From assembly GCF_000341895.1 (NCBI RefSeq), contig NC_020409.1:1200001-1232000 (forward strand): a stretch of DNA of 32,000 bases. Reading direction: 5' to 3'. Made by a program: the position numbers and the translations under genes. This document shows positions 1 to 9,939 of the stretch, piece after piece. The notes under the pieces are model-generated. The model saw nothing but the letters and a program-made list of their open reading frames with translations, had not been told where the DNA came from and ran no database searches. The stretch is from Pseudodesulfovibrio piezophilus C1TLV30 (GTDB lineage Bacteria > Desulfobacterota > Desulfovibrionia > Desulfovibrionales > Desulfovibrionaceae). Numbering within the stretch: the stretch's first letter is position 1; each line of letters starts with the position of its first letter.

Positions 1-545
1 AAAGTCTCAAGCAGTGAGCGGTGAAGAAAGCGACTCGCTGTAGAAGGCTCTTTAAAAACTTTTTTGCCTCTCAAATGAGGCAGAAGTTTCACGACAAATG
101 CATGGTCACCAAGAAAGAATTGCCACGCAAGTTACTTCAAGGCGGCTCCGCCCCGATCCTAGCGTACGCAAAATTTCGGTATTCTCTTTGCGGTGTCTTT
201 CGGGTTTCGCCAAACTAAGCCAATATCCAACCCGTATGAAGCCAGTCTGGTATTTGATTTGTCCCGAACAAGCCACCAGCTTAGGCGGTTACCGATCCAT
301 CAGCTTTGATGACCGAGGCCACAATTGTCTAATTTTTCTACTCAATATTGTTTTATGGAATCAGCCTACTAGAATATCAACAAATCAAGCATGTTAAATA
401 TTCTGAAATAGAAAAGCCCCCTCTCTTGATACCCACCTGAGCACACGTCCCATGACCGAAGCCATACTTTGAGCCAATTCATCAATGCTACAGATTCACA
501 ACACACACCCTTTAAGTAGCATTTATTTGACTTTAGTAGCACACT

Positions 546-2180
546 ATGAGAATCAATCGAAAAATAATACTCGGAGAAGCCATGCCAACTAAGAAAATGT
601 ATTCATCCATTGTGTATTCGGCTATCATCGCTACATTGGTACTCGTGACAGGGGCTGTTCCTGCCTTTGCAGCAAAAGAGACGCTTGTACTCGCCGTGGG
701 AGGCGAAAACGAAGAAGGCTACGACCCCTTGCTTGGCTGGGGAACATACGGCAACCCCTTGTTCCAGAGTACACTGCTGAAACGTGACGCAAATCTGAAC
801 ATCATTCCAGACCTGGCCACAAACTGGACACTCTCCAAAGATCGTACCGTGTGGACTGTGACCATCAGAAGTGACGCTCTCTTTTCGGATGGCTCCTCCC
901 TGACCGCTAAGGATGTGGCCTTTACTTTTAACAAGGGGCTGAAGGCCGGGGGAAAAATCGACCTGACTCCTCTTGAAAAAGCAGAAGCTCCAAACGCGAC
1001 CACAGTCAAGTTGACGCTCAAGAAACCGGATATCACATTTATCCAACACCTTATTACACAAGGTATTGTCCCAGAAAATCTCTATGGCCCGAATTACGGC
1101 CGGCATCCGATAGGTTCGGGGCCATACAAACTCATACGCTGGGATGAAGGCCAGCAAATGGTCGTGGAAGCCAATGAATTGTATTATGGCGCTCAACCTC
1201 AGATCAAAAGACTGGTCTTCCTTTTCTCAGATGAAGATGCCGCACTGGCCGCAGCCCGAGCTGGAGAGGTTGACGTACTCGGCGTTCCATCCAATCTCGC
1301 CAGGCAGGACATCCCAGGGATGAAATTGCATGTGGTTAAAAGCGTTGATAATCGAGGGCTCATGTTTCCAACCGTTCCGAGCGAAGGGAAGACAACACCT
1401 CATGGCGTGCCTATTGGCAACACCGTCACTGCGGATATCGCTCTCCGAAAGGCAATTAACTACGCCATCGATCGCAAGGCTCTTGTTGCCGGAGTACTTG
1501 ATGGGTATGGGCGCCCGGCTTTTGGCGTGGTGGACGATCTTCCCTGGGATAATCCGGCAATCCGATTCAAGGACAATGCCCTCCAGAAGGCCAAAACAAT
1601 CCTCAAGGAAGCAGGTTGGGTCGATACTGATGGAGACGGCGTACGCGAGAAGAACGGTTTAAAGGCCGAATTCTCCATTGTATACAATGCAAAAGACTCT
1701 CTAAGGCAGGGACTGGCTCTAGCAGTTTCCGACATGCTGAAACCTGTCGGCATCAACGCCATTCCACGTGGAGAAAACTGGGATCGCATCAAGACACAGC
1801 TTACACATACCAACGTCGTTGTATATGGTTTTGGAGACCACAGCCCCCTGGAAATGTATAAGCTCTACCACACCCCCGGTTCCGAGCCTCTGTACTGGAA
1901 TGCAGGCTTTTATTCCAACCCCGTTGTTGATGAATACCTTGACAAAGCCAAGGCTGCCAAATCCATTGAAGCCTCACTTCCCTTCTGGAAAAAAGCCCAG
2001 TGGGATGGAAAAACAGGGTTCACCACATCCGGCGATGCAGCCTGGGCCTGGATGGTCAACCTCGATCATACCTACTTCCTGAACAATTGCCTTGATGTCG
2101 GCACTTCCCAGATGGAGCCGCATGGACATGGCTGGCCCATCACCGCCAACATTCAGGAGTGGAAGTGGATTTGCAAATAG
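546..2180 (+). CDS. ABC transporter substrate-binding protein, family 5 (peptide/nickel/opine type, DppA/NikA-like)
   Basis: 544-aa ORF with an N-terminal signal peptide (IIATLVLVTGAVPAFA followed by AKE). Its size and character fit SBP family 5. It heads a co-directional permease-permease-ATPase-ATPase operon. Alternative in-frame ATGs lie at 582 and 597. Confidence 0.85.
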   Translation: MRINRKIILGEAMPTKKMYSSIVYSAIIATLVLVTGAVPAFAAKETLVLAVGGENEEGYDPLLGWGTYGNPLFQSTLLKRDANLNIIPDLATNWTLSKDRTVWTVTIRSDALFSDGSSLTAKDVAFTFNKGLKAGGKIDLTPLEKAEAPNATTVKLTLKKPDITFIQHLITQGIVPENLYGPNYGRHPIGSGPYKLIRWDEGQQMVVEANELYYGAQPQIKRLVFLFSDEDAALAAARAGEVDVLGVPSNLARQDIPGMKLHVVKSVDNRGLMFPTVPSEGKTTPHGVPIGNTVTADIALRKAINYAIDRKALVAGVLDGYGRPAFGVVDDLPWDNPAIRFKDNALQKAKTILKEAGWVDTDGDGVREKNGLKAEFSIVYNAKDSLRQGLALAVSDMLKPVGINAIPRGENWDRIKTQLTHTNVVVYGFGDHSPLEMYKLYHTPGSEPLYWNAGFYSNPVVDEYLDKAKAAKSIEASLPFWKKAQWDGKTGFTTSGDAAWAWMVNLDHTYFLNNCLDVGTSQMEPHGHGWPITANIQEWKWICK

Positions 2181-2251
2181 ATTCCACCTATGATGGGACC
2201 GAGAGCTCATCCAGCCCTCGGCCACCTTCATCGTATTCACTCCTGCTGACC

Positions 2252-3250
2252 ATGATAAAATTCCTTGGACGCAAAACCACCCGACTCATACTGCTGATGG
2301 TCTCGGTCGCGACTATTTCGTTCGTGTTGGTAAGCCTTTCCCCTGTTGATCCGATCGATGCCTATTTGGGACCAGCCATCCTCAAGGTATCTCCAGAGCA
2401 ACGAGAGGTCATCGCCCATCGCTGGGGATTGGACAAGCCACCTGTCGAAAGATTCGGCAAGTGGGCGGGGAATTTGCTCTCAGGCGACTTCGGCATCTCC
2501 ACCATCTATAACGAACCGGTTCTTTCGGTTATCGGGAAACGCTTCGCAACTTCATTCTGGTTGATGGTGTTGGCATGGACTTTATCCGGAATTCTGGGCT
2601 TTGCCATGGGAGTTTTTGCCGGGGCATGCAAATCTACCATCGTGGACCGCAGTATCAGCACCTATGCATACACCATGGCATCCACGCCAACATTCTGGGT
2701 CGGCATGGTCATGCTCACGGTCTTTTCAATCCAGTTGGGCTGGACCCCTGTCTGTTGCGCGGGGCCCATAGGCATGGAGCCGGGACAAGTGAGTCTTCTG
2801 CAACGACTGCATCACCTCGTCCTGCCCGCCCTCACCCTCTCACTCGTCGGTGTTGCGCAAATAACCCTGCATACCAGAGAAAAAACCGTTGACGCATTAA
2901 ACAGCGATTATGCTGTTTTTGCCATGGCTCAGGGAGAGTCTCGTCTGGGTGTCGCCTTCCGAAGCGCTCTTCGTAATGTGGCCCTCCCTGCCATTACACT
3001 CCAGTTCGCTTCACTGGGAGAACTCTTCGGTGGTGCCGTGCTGGCAGAACAGGTCTTTGCATACCCAGGTCTGGGCAAGGCGACCGTTGAGGCTGGATTC
3101 CGGGGAGATATCCCATTGCTGCTTGGTATTGTACTGTTCAGCACAATCTTCGTCTACATAGGCAATACAACTGCCGACCTTCTTTATCTGCTGATCGATC
3201 CTCGCATGCGCCAAAGCCACGGCAAAAGTCACATGAGGAGGTCTCACTGA
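2252..3250 (+). CDS. ABC transporter permease (DppB/NikB-like)
   Basis: Polytopic membrane ORF. I moved the start from the track ATG 2159, which overlaps the SBP gene, to ATG 2252 (MIKFLGRK..., a typical N-terminus for this permease family). Confidence 0.85.
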   Translation: MIKFLGRKTTRLILLMVSVATISFVLVSLSPVDPIDAYLGPAILKVSPEQREVIAHRWGLDKPPVERFGKWAGNLLSGDFGISTIYNEPVLSVIGKRFATSFWLMVLAWTLSGILGFAMGVFAGACKSTIVDRSISTYAYTMASTPTFWVGMVMLTVFSIQLGWTPVCCAGPIGMEPGQVSLLQRLHHLVLPALTLSLVGVAQITLHTREKTVDALNSDYAVFAMAQGESRLGVAFRSALRNVALPAITLQFASLGELFGGAVLAEQVFAYPGLGKATVEAGFRGDIPLLLGIVLFSTIFVYIGNTTADLLYLLIDPRMRQSHGKSHMRRSH

Positions 3251-4080
3251 TGCCCATTCCACATCTCGACAGAAGATCTACAACGCTGCTGACCATAACC
3301 GGCTGCCTGCTGCTTTTCAGCGCGATATTTATCGGTGCGTGGCTCTACGGCGAACAAGGAGAACTGACACACCTTATGCTCCGCAAATTACCACCGTCCT
3401 TCGACCATCCCTTCGGTACGGACTGGCTGGGCCGTGACATGCTTGCCAGAACCCTAAAAGGACTTCGAATCAGCCTTTTCGTCGGCCTCTCTGCCGCCGG
3501 CTGCTCTTCGATCATCGCCTTGCTTCTGGGACTCGCTGCCGCCACCATGGGAAAAACCGTCGACACCGTTGTCACATGGCTGGTGGATGTGACCATCGCC
3601 ACTCCGCATCTCGTGCTGCTCATTCTCATTTCCTTTGCCTTGGGCGGAGGGATCAAAGGAGTAATTATCGCTGTGGCAGTATCGCACTGGCCCGCCCTGA
3701 CGCGCATTATCCGAGCAGAGGTAATGCAACTGCAAACCGCTGAATATGTGCAACTTTCACAACAATTGGGCAAAGGAACGCTTTTCATAGCCCGTCATCA
3801 CATGCTGCCCCATGTCATACCCCAGTTCACCGTTGGCCTACTGCTTTTGTTCCCGCATGCGATCCTGCATGCGGCCGCACTGACTTTTCTTGGGTTTGGC
3901 ATGTCGCCGCACACTCCGGCGGTCGGGGTGCTTCTGGCCGAATCCATGCGCTCTCTCTCCATGGGCCTCTGGTGGCTTGCTGTAGCGCCTGGCATAGCTT
4001 TGGTGATCACGGTCAAGGCTTTCGATATACTCGGTATGAATGTTCGCACTATACTTGACCCCCGAACATGCAGGGAATGA
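3250..4080 (+). CDS. ABC transporter permease (DppC/NikC-like)
   Basis: 276-aa polytopic ORF. The ATG overlaps the upstream stop (TGATG) and GAGGAGG lies just upstream, which indicates translational coupling. Confidence 0.85.
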   Translation: MPIPHLDRRSTTLLTITGCLLLFSAIFIGAWLYGEQGELTHLMLRKLPPSFDHPFGTDWLGRDMLARTLKGLRISLFVGLSAAGCSSIIALLLGLAAATMGKTVDTVVTWLVDVTIATPHLVLLILISFALGGGIKGVIIAVAVSHWPALTRIIRAEVMQLQTAEYVQLSQQLGKGTLFIARHHMLPHVIPQFTVGLLLLFPHAILHAAALTFLGFGMSPHTPAVGVLLAESMRSLSMGLWWLAVAPGIALVITVKAFDILGMNVRTILDPRTCRE

Positions 4081-4087
4081 GGTAACC

Positions 4088-5035
4088 ATGCTTGAAATCT
4101 CCAACATGTCAGTAAAATTCAGCAGCTACTCAAAGGGACTAAAACGACGAACCGTTCCCGTTATTCGGAGTCTGGATCTCTCTGCTCACGCTGGAGAGAT
4201 CGTCGCCATCGTCGGGCAATCAGGAGCAGGCAAGAGCCTATTGGCACATGCCGTCCTGGGGATACTCCCCAGAAACTCGAATCTTTCCGGCGAAATCCAT
4301 TTCAAGGGTGCAGAATTGACTCCAAAACGAATTCGTCAGCTTCGGGGCCGGGAAATAGCTCTCATTCCCCAATCTGTTTCCTTTCTGAACCCACTTTTGA
4401 AGGTTGGCACGCAGATCGCCCGTGCGGGTCGACTCAATGGACTTTCCCTTCAAAAAGCCCGTGAAACATCGCGAAAAGCTCTTCATCGATACGGATTGCC
4501 ACCCAAGGTCTCCCGTTGGTTTCCGTTCCAACTTTCCGGCGGTATGACACGACGAGTACTCACAGCGACAGCGACCATCGGAACCGCAGACCTTCTGCTG
4601 GCGGATGAACCAACCAACGGGTTGGACATGCAGACCGCACGGGAGACCTTGCGTCACCTAAGAGAACTGGCGGACACAGGAAAGGCCGTGGTTCTCATCA
4701 CACATGATATAGAATTAGCGCTGGAAGTCGCTGACAAGGTATCGATATTTTGTGGCGGAGTGACGGTGGAAGAGGCACATGTCTGCGACTTCAGTAACTC
4801 CGTCCAGGATATGAACACTGGCTCAAGTGGCCTGCGTCATCCATATTCCCAGACACTCTGGATGGCGCTTCCCCAAAACCAATTTACCCAGGTTGCTCTC
4901 GACCACGGCGCACATTTATCTCACAAAGGATGCACGTTCAACGCCTTTTGCGACCGCGCAGATGACAACTGTCGATGCAACCTTCCCAGGCTCACTCCGC
5001 TCAACTCGGGAAAGGTACGGTGTTGGCGTGCTTGA
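4088..5035 (+). CDS. ABC transporter ATP-binding protein (DppD/NikD-like) with Cys-rich C-terminal extension
   Basis: Walker A GQSGAGKS, signature LSGGMTRR and Walker B LLLADEPTNGLD are present. I set the start at ATG 4088 (MLEISNMSVKF), 8 nt after the permease stop and preceded by GAGGT. The C-terminus carries CTFNAFCDRADDNCRC. Confidence 0.85.
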   Translation: MLEISNMSVKFSSYSKGLKRRTVPVIRSLDLSAHAGEIVAIVGQSGAGKSLLAHAVLGILPRNSNLSGEIHFKGAELTPKRIRQLRGREIALIPQSVSFLNPLLKVGTQIARAGRLNGLSLQKARETSRKALHRYGLPPKVSRWFPFQLSGGMTRRVLTATATIGTADLLLADEPTNGLDMQTARETLRHLRELADTGKAVVLITHDIELALEVADKVSIFCGGVTVEEAHVCDFSNSVQDMNTGSSGLRHPYSQTLWMALPQNQFTQVALDHGAHLSHKGCTFNAFCDRADDNCRCNLPRLTPLNSGKVRCWRA

Positions 5036-5687
5036 GGGCAAGAATCTGTCATTTCGATATGGCAAGCGGCAAGAATGGATTTTTCAAGCCCTGGATATAT
5101 GTATTGCTCCGGGGGAGCGAGTAGGCCTCCCCGGTCCCAGCGGCCGAGGAAAATCAACCCTTTCAAAGGTTCTCGCCGGTTACCTTGTACCACAAGAAGG
5201 CATTGTCACCATTGATGACCACCCTAAAAATGACAAAAGATTTAACCCTGTACAAAGACTTTTCCAGCACCCTGAATTGGCGGTCAACCCACGCTGGAAG
5301 ATACGTGATATCCTAAAAGAAACCGGTACACCTTCTGACGAGATAATGCACACTCTGCAAGTCGACCAATCATGGCTTGATCGATACCCCCATGAACTTT
5401 CCGGCGGTGAACTACAACGAATTTGTCTGGTACGGGCGCTGGACTCAAGAACAAAATACCTTCTCTGCGATGAAATGACCTCCATGCTTGACGCACTGAC
5501 CCAAGCATCCATCTGGAAGGCCGTGCTGAATATCGCGGAAGCGAGAAATCTCGGTTTATTGGTCATCAGCCATGATACATCACTCCTCAAGCGAATCTGT
5601 GAACGTTCTCTTTCGTATTTCGAAATGGCATGCCAAGAGTCATGTATCAAATCCGATCTCCCAACTTTCAACCGGCAAGAAAATTAA
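5028..5687 (+). CDS. ABC transporter ATP-binding protein (short, NikE/DppF-like)
   Basis: Walker A GPSGRGKST, signature LSGGELQR and Walker B YLLCDEMTSMLD are present. The ATPase fold begins at LEGKNLSF, so I prefer GTG 5028 (8-nt overlap with the upstream stop) over the track ATG 4827. Confidence 0.75.
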   Translation: MLEGKNLSFRYGKRQEWIFQALDICIAPGERVGLPGPSGRGKSTLSKVLAGYLVPQEGIVTIDDHPKNDKRFNPVQRLFQHPELAVNPRWKIRDILKETGTPSDEIMHTLQVDQSWLDRYPHELSGGELQRICLVRALDSRTKYLLCDEMTSMLDALTQASIWKAVLNIAEARNLGLLVISHDTSLLKRICERSLSYFEMACQESCIKSDLPTFNRQEN

Positions 5688-6016
5688 TCCGACCAACAGA
5701 ATGTATACAAAAAAACATTTCTTGCCTTATGTCAGAAACACAACATCGCACACGACCAGGAACTGAGGGACCTATGGCCATCATCTGTCTTGAAAACGAT
5801 AGAACGACTCGGTCCTTTGTCTATGATATACAAAGGCTTAAAGCGCATAAAGCTGCTCAAGAACACTTTCAGATAAACAGTTCACAAGAACCAAAACCGC
5901 CTATCCAAGCCACTATTCGTTATGCGAAGTCTTCAGCCTCTGCATGAGTGCCTGTCGAATATTCCTTTTCAAAAAAGGGTCATGTGCTTCTTTAAAATGA
6001 AAAAATCGGACTTGTT

Positions 6017-6946
6017 TTATTCGTTGAAGGCTTCGACAATTTTTTTGAGACCACCGAAAACGGCGGTATCAAGCTTGAGGTCGAGAGGAAGCGGATATTC
6101 TCGTCCTGTATTTTCATACTTTGGTTGCCCCATTCTGTGATACTCGAGAATTTCAAATTCAACTTTATCGCCAGGTAGGCCAGAGAGGAAATCAATGATT
6201 TCGTGCACATCCTCCTCAGTATCGTTGAATCCGGGGATGATCGGTGTGCGAACCCGCACCTGAAGAGAAGGAAAATCTTCTCGAATCCGCTTCAGATTTT
6301 CAAGAGGACGTTCATTGGACATTCCGGTGTAAGCCTTATGCTTTTCCGGATTCATTGATTTGATGTCGAACATGAGGGTGTTAACAAATGGGAGTGCTTT
6401 CTTCATTTCGTCATAGTCAGTCACGCCGCACGTTTCGACTGCGGTGTCCAAATGACGATGCCGTGCCTCACGCAACAGGGCCGTGGCAAACTCGGGCTGC
6501 TGAAACGGTTCTCCGCCGGACAGAGTCAGCCCACCACCCGATCGGGCATAAAACATTTCATCCTCTTCCACGCGCTTCAGAGCGGCATCCACTGTCATCT
6601 CTTCACCGTAGGTGATCAATGCGCCCGCAGGACACGCTTCGGCACAGTCGAGGCACTGTGCGCAGAGTTCTCGATCGATGTCGATCTTACCGTCCTCACC
6701 CTCAGTAATCGCACCGATGGCGCACACTTCTGTACAGCGAACACATTTATCCAAGCCGAGGCATTTATTACGGTTATAGGCTAGTTCAGGCTTGAACGCC
6801 TGGGATTCCGGATTACTGCACCACTTACAGCGCAAAGGACACCCTTTGAGAAAGACGATGGTGCGAATACCTGGACCGTCATGGACAGAATATTTCTGGA
6901 TTGAAAAAACAGTACCGGTTGTTTTCTTGTCAATAAGGGAGCTCAT
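6017..6946 (-). CDS. islB: glycyl-radical enzyme activating enzyme (radical SAM, IslB/IseH-like)
   Basis: 309 aa. The radical-SAM CX3CX2C motif (GCPLRCKWCSNPES) follows the GRE-activase N-terminal motif VHDGPGIRT. A Cys-rich ferredoxin-like insert follows (CLGLDKCVRCTEVC, CAQCLDCAEACP). The gene lies immediately downstream of the GRE gene. Confidence 0.85.
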   Translation of the reverse strand: MSSLIDKKTTGTVFSIQKYSVHDGPGIRTIVFLKGCPLRCKWCSNPESQAFKPELAYNRNKCLGLDKCVRCTEVCAIGAITEGEDGKIDIDRELCAQCLDCAEACPAGALITYGEEMTVDAALKRVEEDEMFYARSGGGLTLSGGEPFQQPEFATALLREARHRHLDTAVETCGVTDYDEMKKALPFVNTLMFDIKSMNPEKHKAYTGMSNERPLENLKRIREDFPSLQVRVRTPIIPGFNDTEEDVHEIIDFLSGLPGDKVEFEILEYHRMGQPKYENTGREYPLPLDLKLDTAVFGGLKKIVEAFNE

Positions 6947-6983
6947 TCATTTACCTTTGCACGGTTGGAGCGGGAAAGAGAGG

Positions 6984-7014
6984 GACAGGAGCGGCTTTTA
7001 TAGCCGCCCCTGTC
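6984..7014 (-). other. intercistronic stem-loop between GRE and activase genes
   Basis: GACAGGAGCGGC-TTTTATA-GCCGCCCCTGTC forms about 11 bp with one mismatch. No U-tract follows it on the coding (minus) strand. Confidence 0.5.
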
Positions 7015-7048
7015 GGCTTCATCAAGGATTAGGAGGCCTTGCTATGCA

Positions 7049-9544
7049 CTAGATTGTTTCGTGAGCGGTCCGACGGATCAGATCGTCCTGCAGGTCTTTG
7101 GACAGATCGCAGAAGTATGCGGAGTAACCAGCGATACGCACGATCAGGTTACGGTACTTCTCCGGCTCCTGCTGAGCAGCCTTCAATGTCTCGGCGTTAA
7201 TAACATTGAACTGAATGTGCCAGAGACGCAGGTCGCAGAAGGTACGGATAAAATCCACAAGCTTCTTAGTGCCTTCAGCGCCTTCCACGCACTTGGGGGT
7301 AAACTTGATGTTTACCAGACGAGCGGCACGCTCACGGAAGTTGAAGTTCTTGGTTGTATAGTTCGACAGCATAACTGCGGTGGGACCGTTCTTGTCTGCG
7401 CCATGGGAAGCGGAGGAACCGTCCGACAGAGGTGTCCATGCCTGACGTCCATTCGGAGTGGCGGAAACGACCTTACCGAAGGGAACATGCGATGTGAACG
7501 GCACATAACGAACATCGAGGTGAACACCCAATTCCTGCTGATACTTGTTGGCAAAGTCCACGCAGGTATGGTCAAGATCCTTGGCAATCGAATCGACGTA
7601 TGGATCATTATTTCCGAAGCAAGGAACATTTTGCAGCATGGCACGAACATCTTCCTTGCCCTCGAAGTTATTCCGGCAAGCTTCGATAACTTCTTCCATA
7701 GTCAGCTTTTTTTCTTCAAAAACCAACTTCTTGATGGCAGACAGGGAGTCTACAACAGTACCGACACCCATGAACTCAAAATAACCGAGGTCAATGCCTT
7801 CGGGGACTTTGGGCTGGTGCAAATCCACAGCATGTTTCATGCACAGGTCATGCATGGCGGAGCCAAATGGCGTCGCAAAATGATTTTTGCGATTATTGAT
7901 AACATGATACTGCTGAGTAAAGGCAGTCTTCAGGAAGTGAATCTGCTGGGTTTTGAAGGCAGTATAAAACTCTTCCCACGTTTCAAAGGAAGTAGGGTCC
8001 CCAGTTTCGATGGAGAGGAGTTGATCGCCGTACTTCTGCATCCGGCCATTATACATGGCCATCTCCAGGGCTGCGGCAAAGTTGATGTATGCATTACCGG
8101 ATGTATAAGTATCGCGATTGGGCATACGGATCTCGGCACAACCGGAAACGGCGTAATCATAAATCTCTTCGAACTTGGCTCCCTTGGACAGATGCAGGGG
8201 AATGACCTCTTCATCGTTAATAAGTTTCGGGAAACCAGAGCCTTCCTTGATGGTTTCAGCAACTTCGGCAAGAAAACGTTCAGGAGAGCGGGCATGAATA
8301 CGGGCGGCAAGGTCCGGGTAATGGTGTGGGAACTCCCGCTTGGACCGCAGGAAAAGGTAGGTCAGTTCATTGGTGGCGTCGATGCCATCCTTGGTCTGTC
8401 CACCGACAGTGACAGCCTCCCAGTGGGCGTATCCTTCGTTGAAGGCACCACCTTGAGGAGATATATAGAGGTCTATGAACTGAGCCATGCCAACATACAT
8501 GCACTCAATTAATTCAATGGCCTGGTCATCGGTCAGGATTCCGGCTTCAACATCCTGCACGTAGTAGGGATAGAAGTACTGGTCCATTCGTCCATTGGAA
8601 ATAATGGTACCGGTTTTTTGCTCAATGCGGGAAAACATCTGGGTGATCCACTGAGACTGTACAGCCTCGCGGAAGTTACACGCGGGGTGCTCGGGAACGC
8701 GACGGCAGTTGGCAGCAATCATTTCCAACTCGGCCTTGCGGGTCGGGTCAGATTCTTCGGAGGCCAGTTTTTCAGCCAGATCGGCATGACGGTTCGCCCA
8801 CAGGATGACGGCATTGCAAACGCGAACAATAGCCTCGTAGAAAGGCTTTTTCTCTGCGTTATCTGTAGGAGACATGGGATCAAGGGCATCCAGGTGTTCC
8901 TGGGCCTCATCACGAATACCACCGAAGCCACGCTTCAGAATCTTTTCGTAATCGTGTACCCACTGCAAAGAGGAACGGAAGGAAGATGTCTCATTAACGA
9001 TGAAACGGGAATTCAGCCCGTCAGGGTCATCGTAGGTCAACTTGTGAATTTCTTCCGGCAGCGCAACATTGAGGGCTTCGTGATATGTCTTCCCCTTCCA
9101 GAATGGAGCAATCTCCTCAACAACAATGCGCGTGTCTTCTTCGGTAATGGAGAAGGGAGAACCTTCGCGTTTGGGCAATTCTTCGACTGCCATATCCAGA
9201 AAATCGCCGTCCAGCTCGGGGTACAGAATACCATAACGCCCCTGGTAACCAGCGCGACCGGCCAGCAGCTGATCATCATCAATGTAGACAGTGATATTCG
9301 CGGCAACGTGCTCCATGGCCTTGGCCCAACGAAGAATGAGCGATTCGCCTTCGGTTTCCTTCATGGACTGGGTGAAATACAGGGCGCGCTCAACGTCGAT
9401 CTGCGGCTTCAGATTTTCGATACGATCGAGAATCCTGAAGACGCGGGCATGATTCTTGCGGAACTTGTCCTCTTTGCCCTCTATACGATCCTGCAGGCGC
9501 TGTTCATGCGGGGTCATGGTCTCGCAGCAATGCACATTCAACAT
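7049..9544 (-). CDS. islA: glycyl radical enzyme, isethionate sulfite-lyase-like C-S lyase (IslA/IseG family)
   Basis: 831 aa. The C-terminal glycyl-radical motif is [10 protein letters not shown] (G806) and the Cys loop is SGCAE (C469, E471). R190, Q194 and R679, plus W375, V681 and F683, sit exactly one residue offset from the numbering I recall for IslA/IseG. AAGGAG lies 8 nt upstream of ATG 9544. The generic GRE call is very confident. The substrate call is moderate. Confidence 0.8.
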   Translation of the reverse strand: MLNVHCCETMTPHEQRLQDRIEGKEDKFRKNHARVFRILDRIENLKPQIDVERALYFTQSMKETEGESLILRWAKAMEHVAANITVYIDDDQLLAGRAGYQGRYGILYPELDGDFLDMAVEELPKREGSPFSITEEDTRIVVEEIAPFWKGKTYHEALNVALPEEIHKLTYDDPDGLNSRFIVNETSSFRSSLQWVHDYEKILKRGFGGIRDEAQEHLDALDPMSPTDNAEKKPFYEAIVRVCNAVILWANRHADLAEKLASEESDPTRKAELEMIAANCRRVPEHPACNFREAVQSQWITQMFSRIEQKTGTIISNGRMDQYFYPYYVQDVEAGILTDDQAIELIECMYVGMAQFIDLYISPQGGAFNEGYAHWEAVTVGGQTKDGIDATNELTYLFLRSKREFPHHYPDLAARIHARSPERFLAEVAETIKEGSGFPKLINDEEVIPLHLSKGAKFEEIYDYAVSGCAEIRMPNRDTYTSGNAYINFAAALEMAMYNGRMQKYGDQLLSIETGDPTSFETWEEFYTAFKTQQIHFLKTAFTQQYHVINNRKNHFATPFGSAMHDLCMKHAVDLHQPKVPEGIDLGYFEFMGVGTVVDSLSAIKKLVFEEKKLTMEEVIEACRNNFEGKEDVRAMLQNVPCFGNNDPYVDSIAKDLDHTCVDFANKYQQELGVHLDVRYVPFTSHVPFGKVVSATPNGRQAWTPLSDGSSASHGADKNGPTAVMLSNYTTKNFNFRERAARLVNIKFTPKCVEGAEGTKKLVDFIRTFCDLRLWHIQFNVINAETLKAAQQEPEKYRNLIVRIAGYSAYFCDLSKDLQDDLIRRTAHETI

Positions 9545-9635
9545 TGATCCTACTCCTTGTGTGTTCTATGTGGGTGCTTTCACGATGGGAAAGCTCTGTT
9601 GCAACCCTTCGCCATCCGGCGACAACTCTCTACTG

Positions 9636-9650
9636 GCAAAGGGTGTGCCA
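9636..9650 (-). promoter_or_regulatory. sigma54 (-24/-12) promoter of the GRE-activase operon
   Basis: The minus strand reads TGGCAC-ACCCT-TTGC, an exact match to the TGGCAC-N5-TTGC consensus, about 90 nt upstream of the GRE start codon. Confidence 0.8.
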
Positions 9651-9758
9651 AACTCCACAAATACAACAAAATCCACATAAGTAGCTAGAATCAAAAACTT
9701 AAAATCAAATCGCCACCACACAACCAAATCATGTGTCAAGGCTGGACCACATCCTCAA

Positions 9759-9774
9759 GATGCAGTTTTGCATC
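9759..9774. promoter_or_regulatory. candidate enhancer (UAS) box GATGCAGTTTTGCATC
   Basis: A 6-4-6 inverted repeat about 115 bp upstream of the sigma54 promoter. It belongs to the TGCA-N4-TGCA box family also found at 9828, 9846, 13363 and 13441. Confidence 0.5.
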
Positions 9775-9825
9775 GTGCCACCTCAGCAATAGAGATTTCC
9801 AATAATTTCAGATTAGTATAAAAAC

Positions 9826-9859
9826 GGTGCACAATTGCATCGTGATGCAATTGTGCACC
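9826..9859. repeat. 34-bp perfect palindrome; candidate UAS and/or terminator of the regulator gene
   Basis: GGTGCACAATTGCATC-GT-GATGCAATTGTGCACC. Each arm contains a TGCA-N4-TGCA box. On the minus strand it is followed by GTTTTTAT and sits about 80 nt after the regulator stop codon. Confidence 0.6.
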
Positions 9860-9939
9860 ACCCACCATCTCTCACCCAAAAGAAAAGGCCGTCCTGTCAA
9901 ACAGGGCGGCCTTCGAACACAACAGTGTTAACTCAAAAA

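Noticed and set aside
1-545. Possible cobalamin or other riboswitch, or a structured RNA, ahead of the ABC operon
   Set aside because: GCGGTGAAGAAAGCG...CGCTGTAG and AAGCCAGTCTGG only loosely resemble cobalamin-riboswitch core and B12-box elements. The distance to the start codon is about 500 nt. I cannot assemble the conserved helices by eye, so a covariance-model scan is needed.
4827-5027. Track ATG 4827 as the start of the second ABC ATPase (and ATG 2159 for the first permease)
   Set aside because: Both would create 90-200-nt overlaps with the preceding genes and add N-terminal sequence foreign to the families. Internal starts at 5028 (GTG) and 2252 (ATG) fit the domain boundaries.
7061-9547. 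Long plus-strand ORFs (483 aa at 7061-8512 and 309 aa at 8618-9547) antisense to the GRE gene
   Set aside because: These are shadow ORFs. Their translations have no recognisable motifs and a skewed composition. The minus-strand frame encodes an unambiguous glycyl radical enzyme from end to end.
9775-9789. GTGCCA-CCTCA-GCAA resembling a sigma54 element
   Set aside because: The half-sites are in the wrong relative order for either strand. A plus-strand promoter needs TGGCAC-N5-TTGC, and a minus-strand promoter needs GCAA-N5-GTGCCA.
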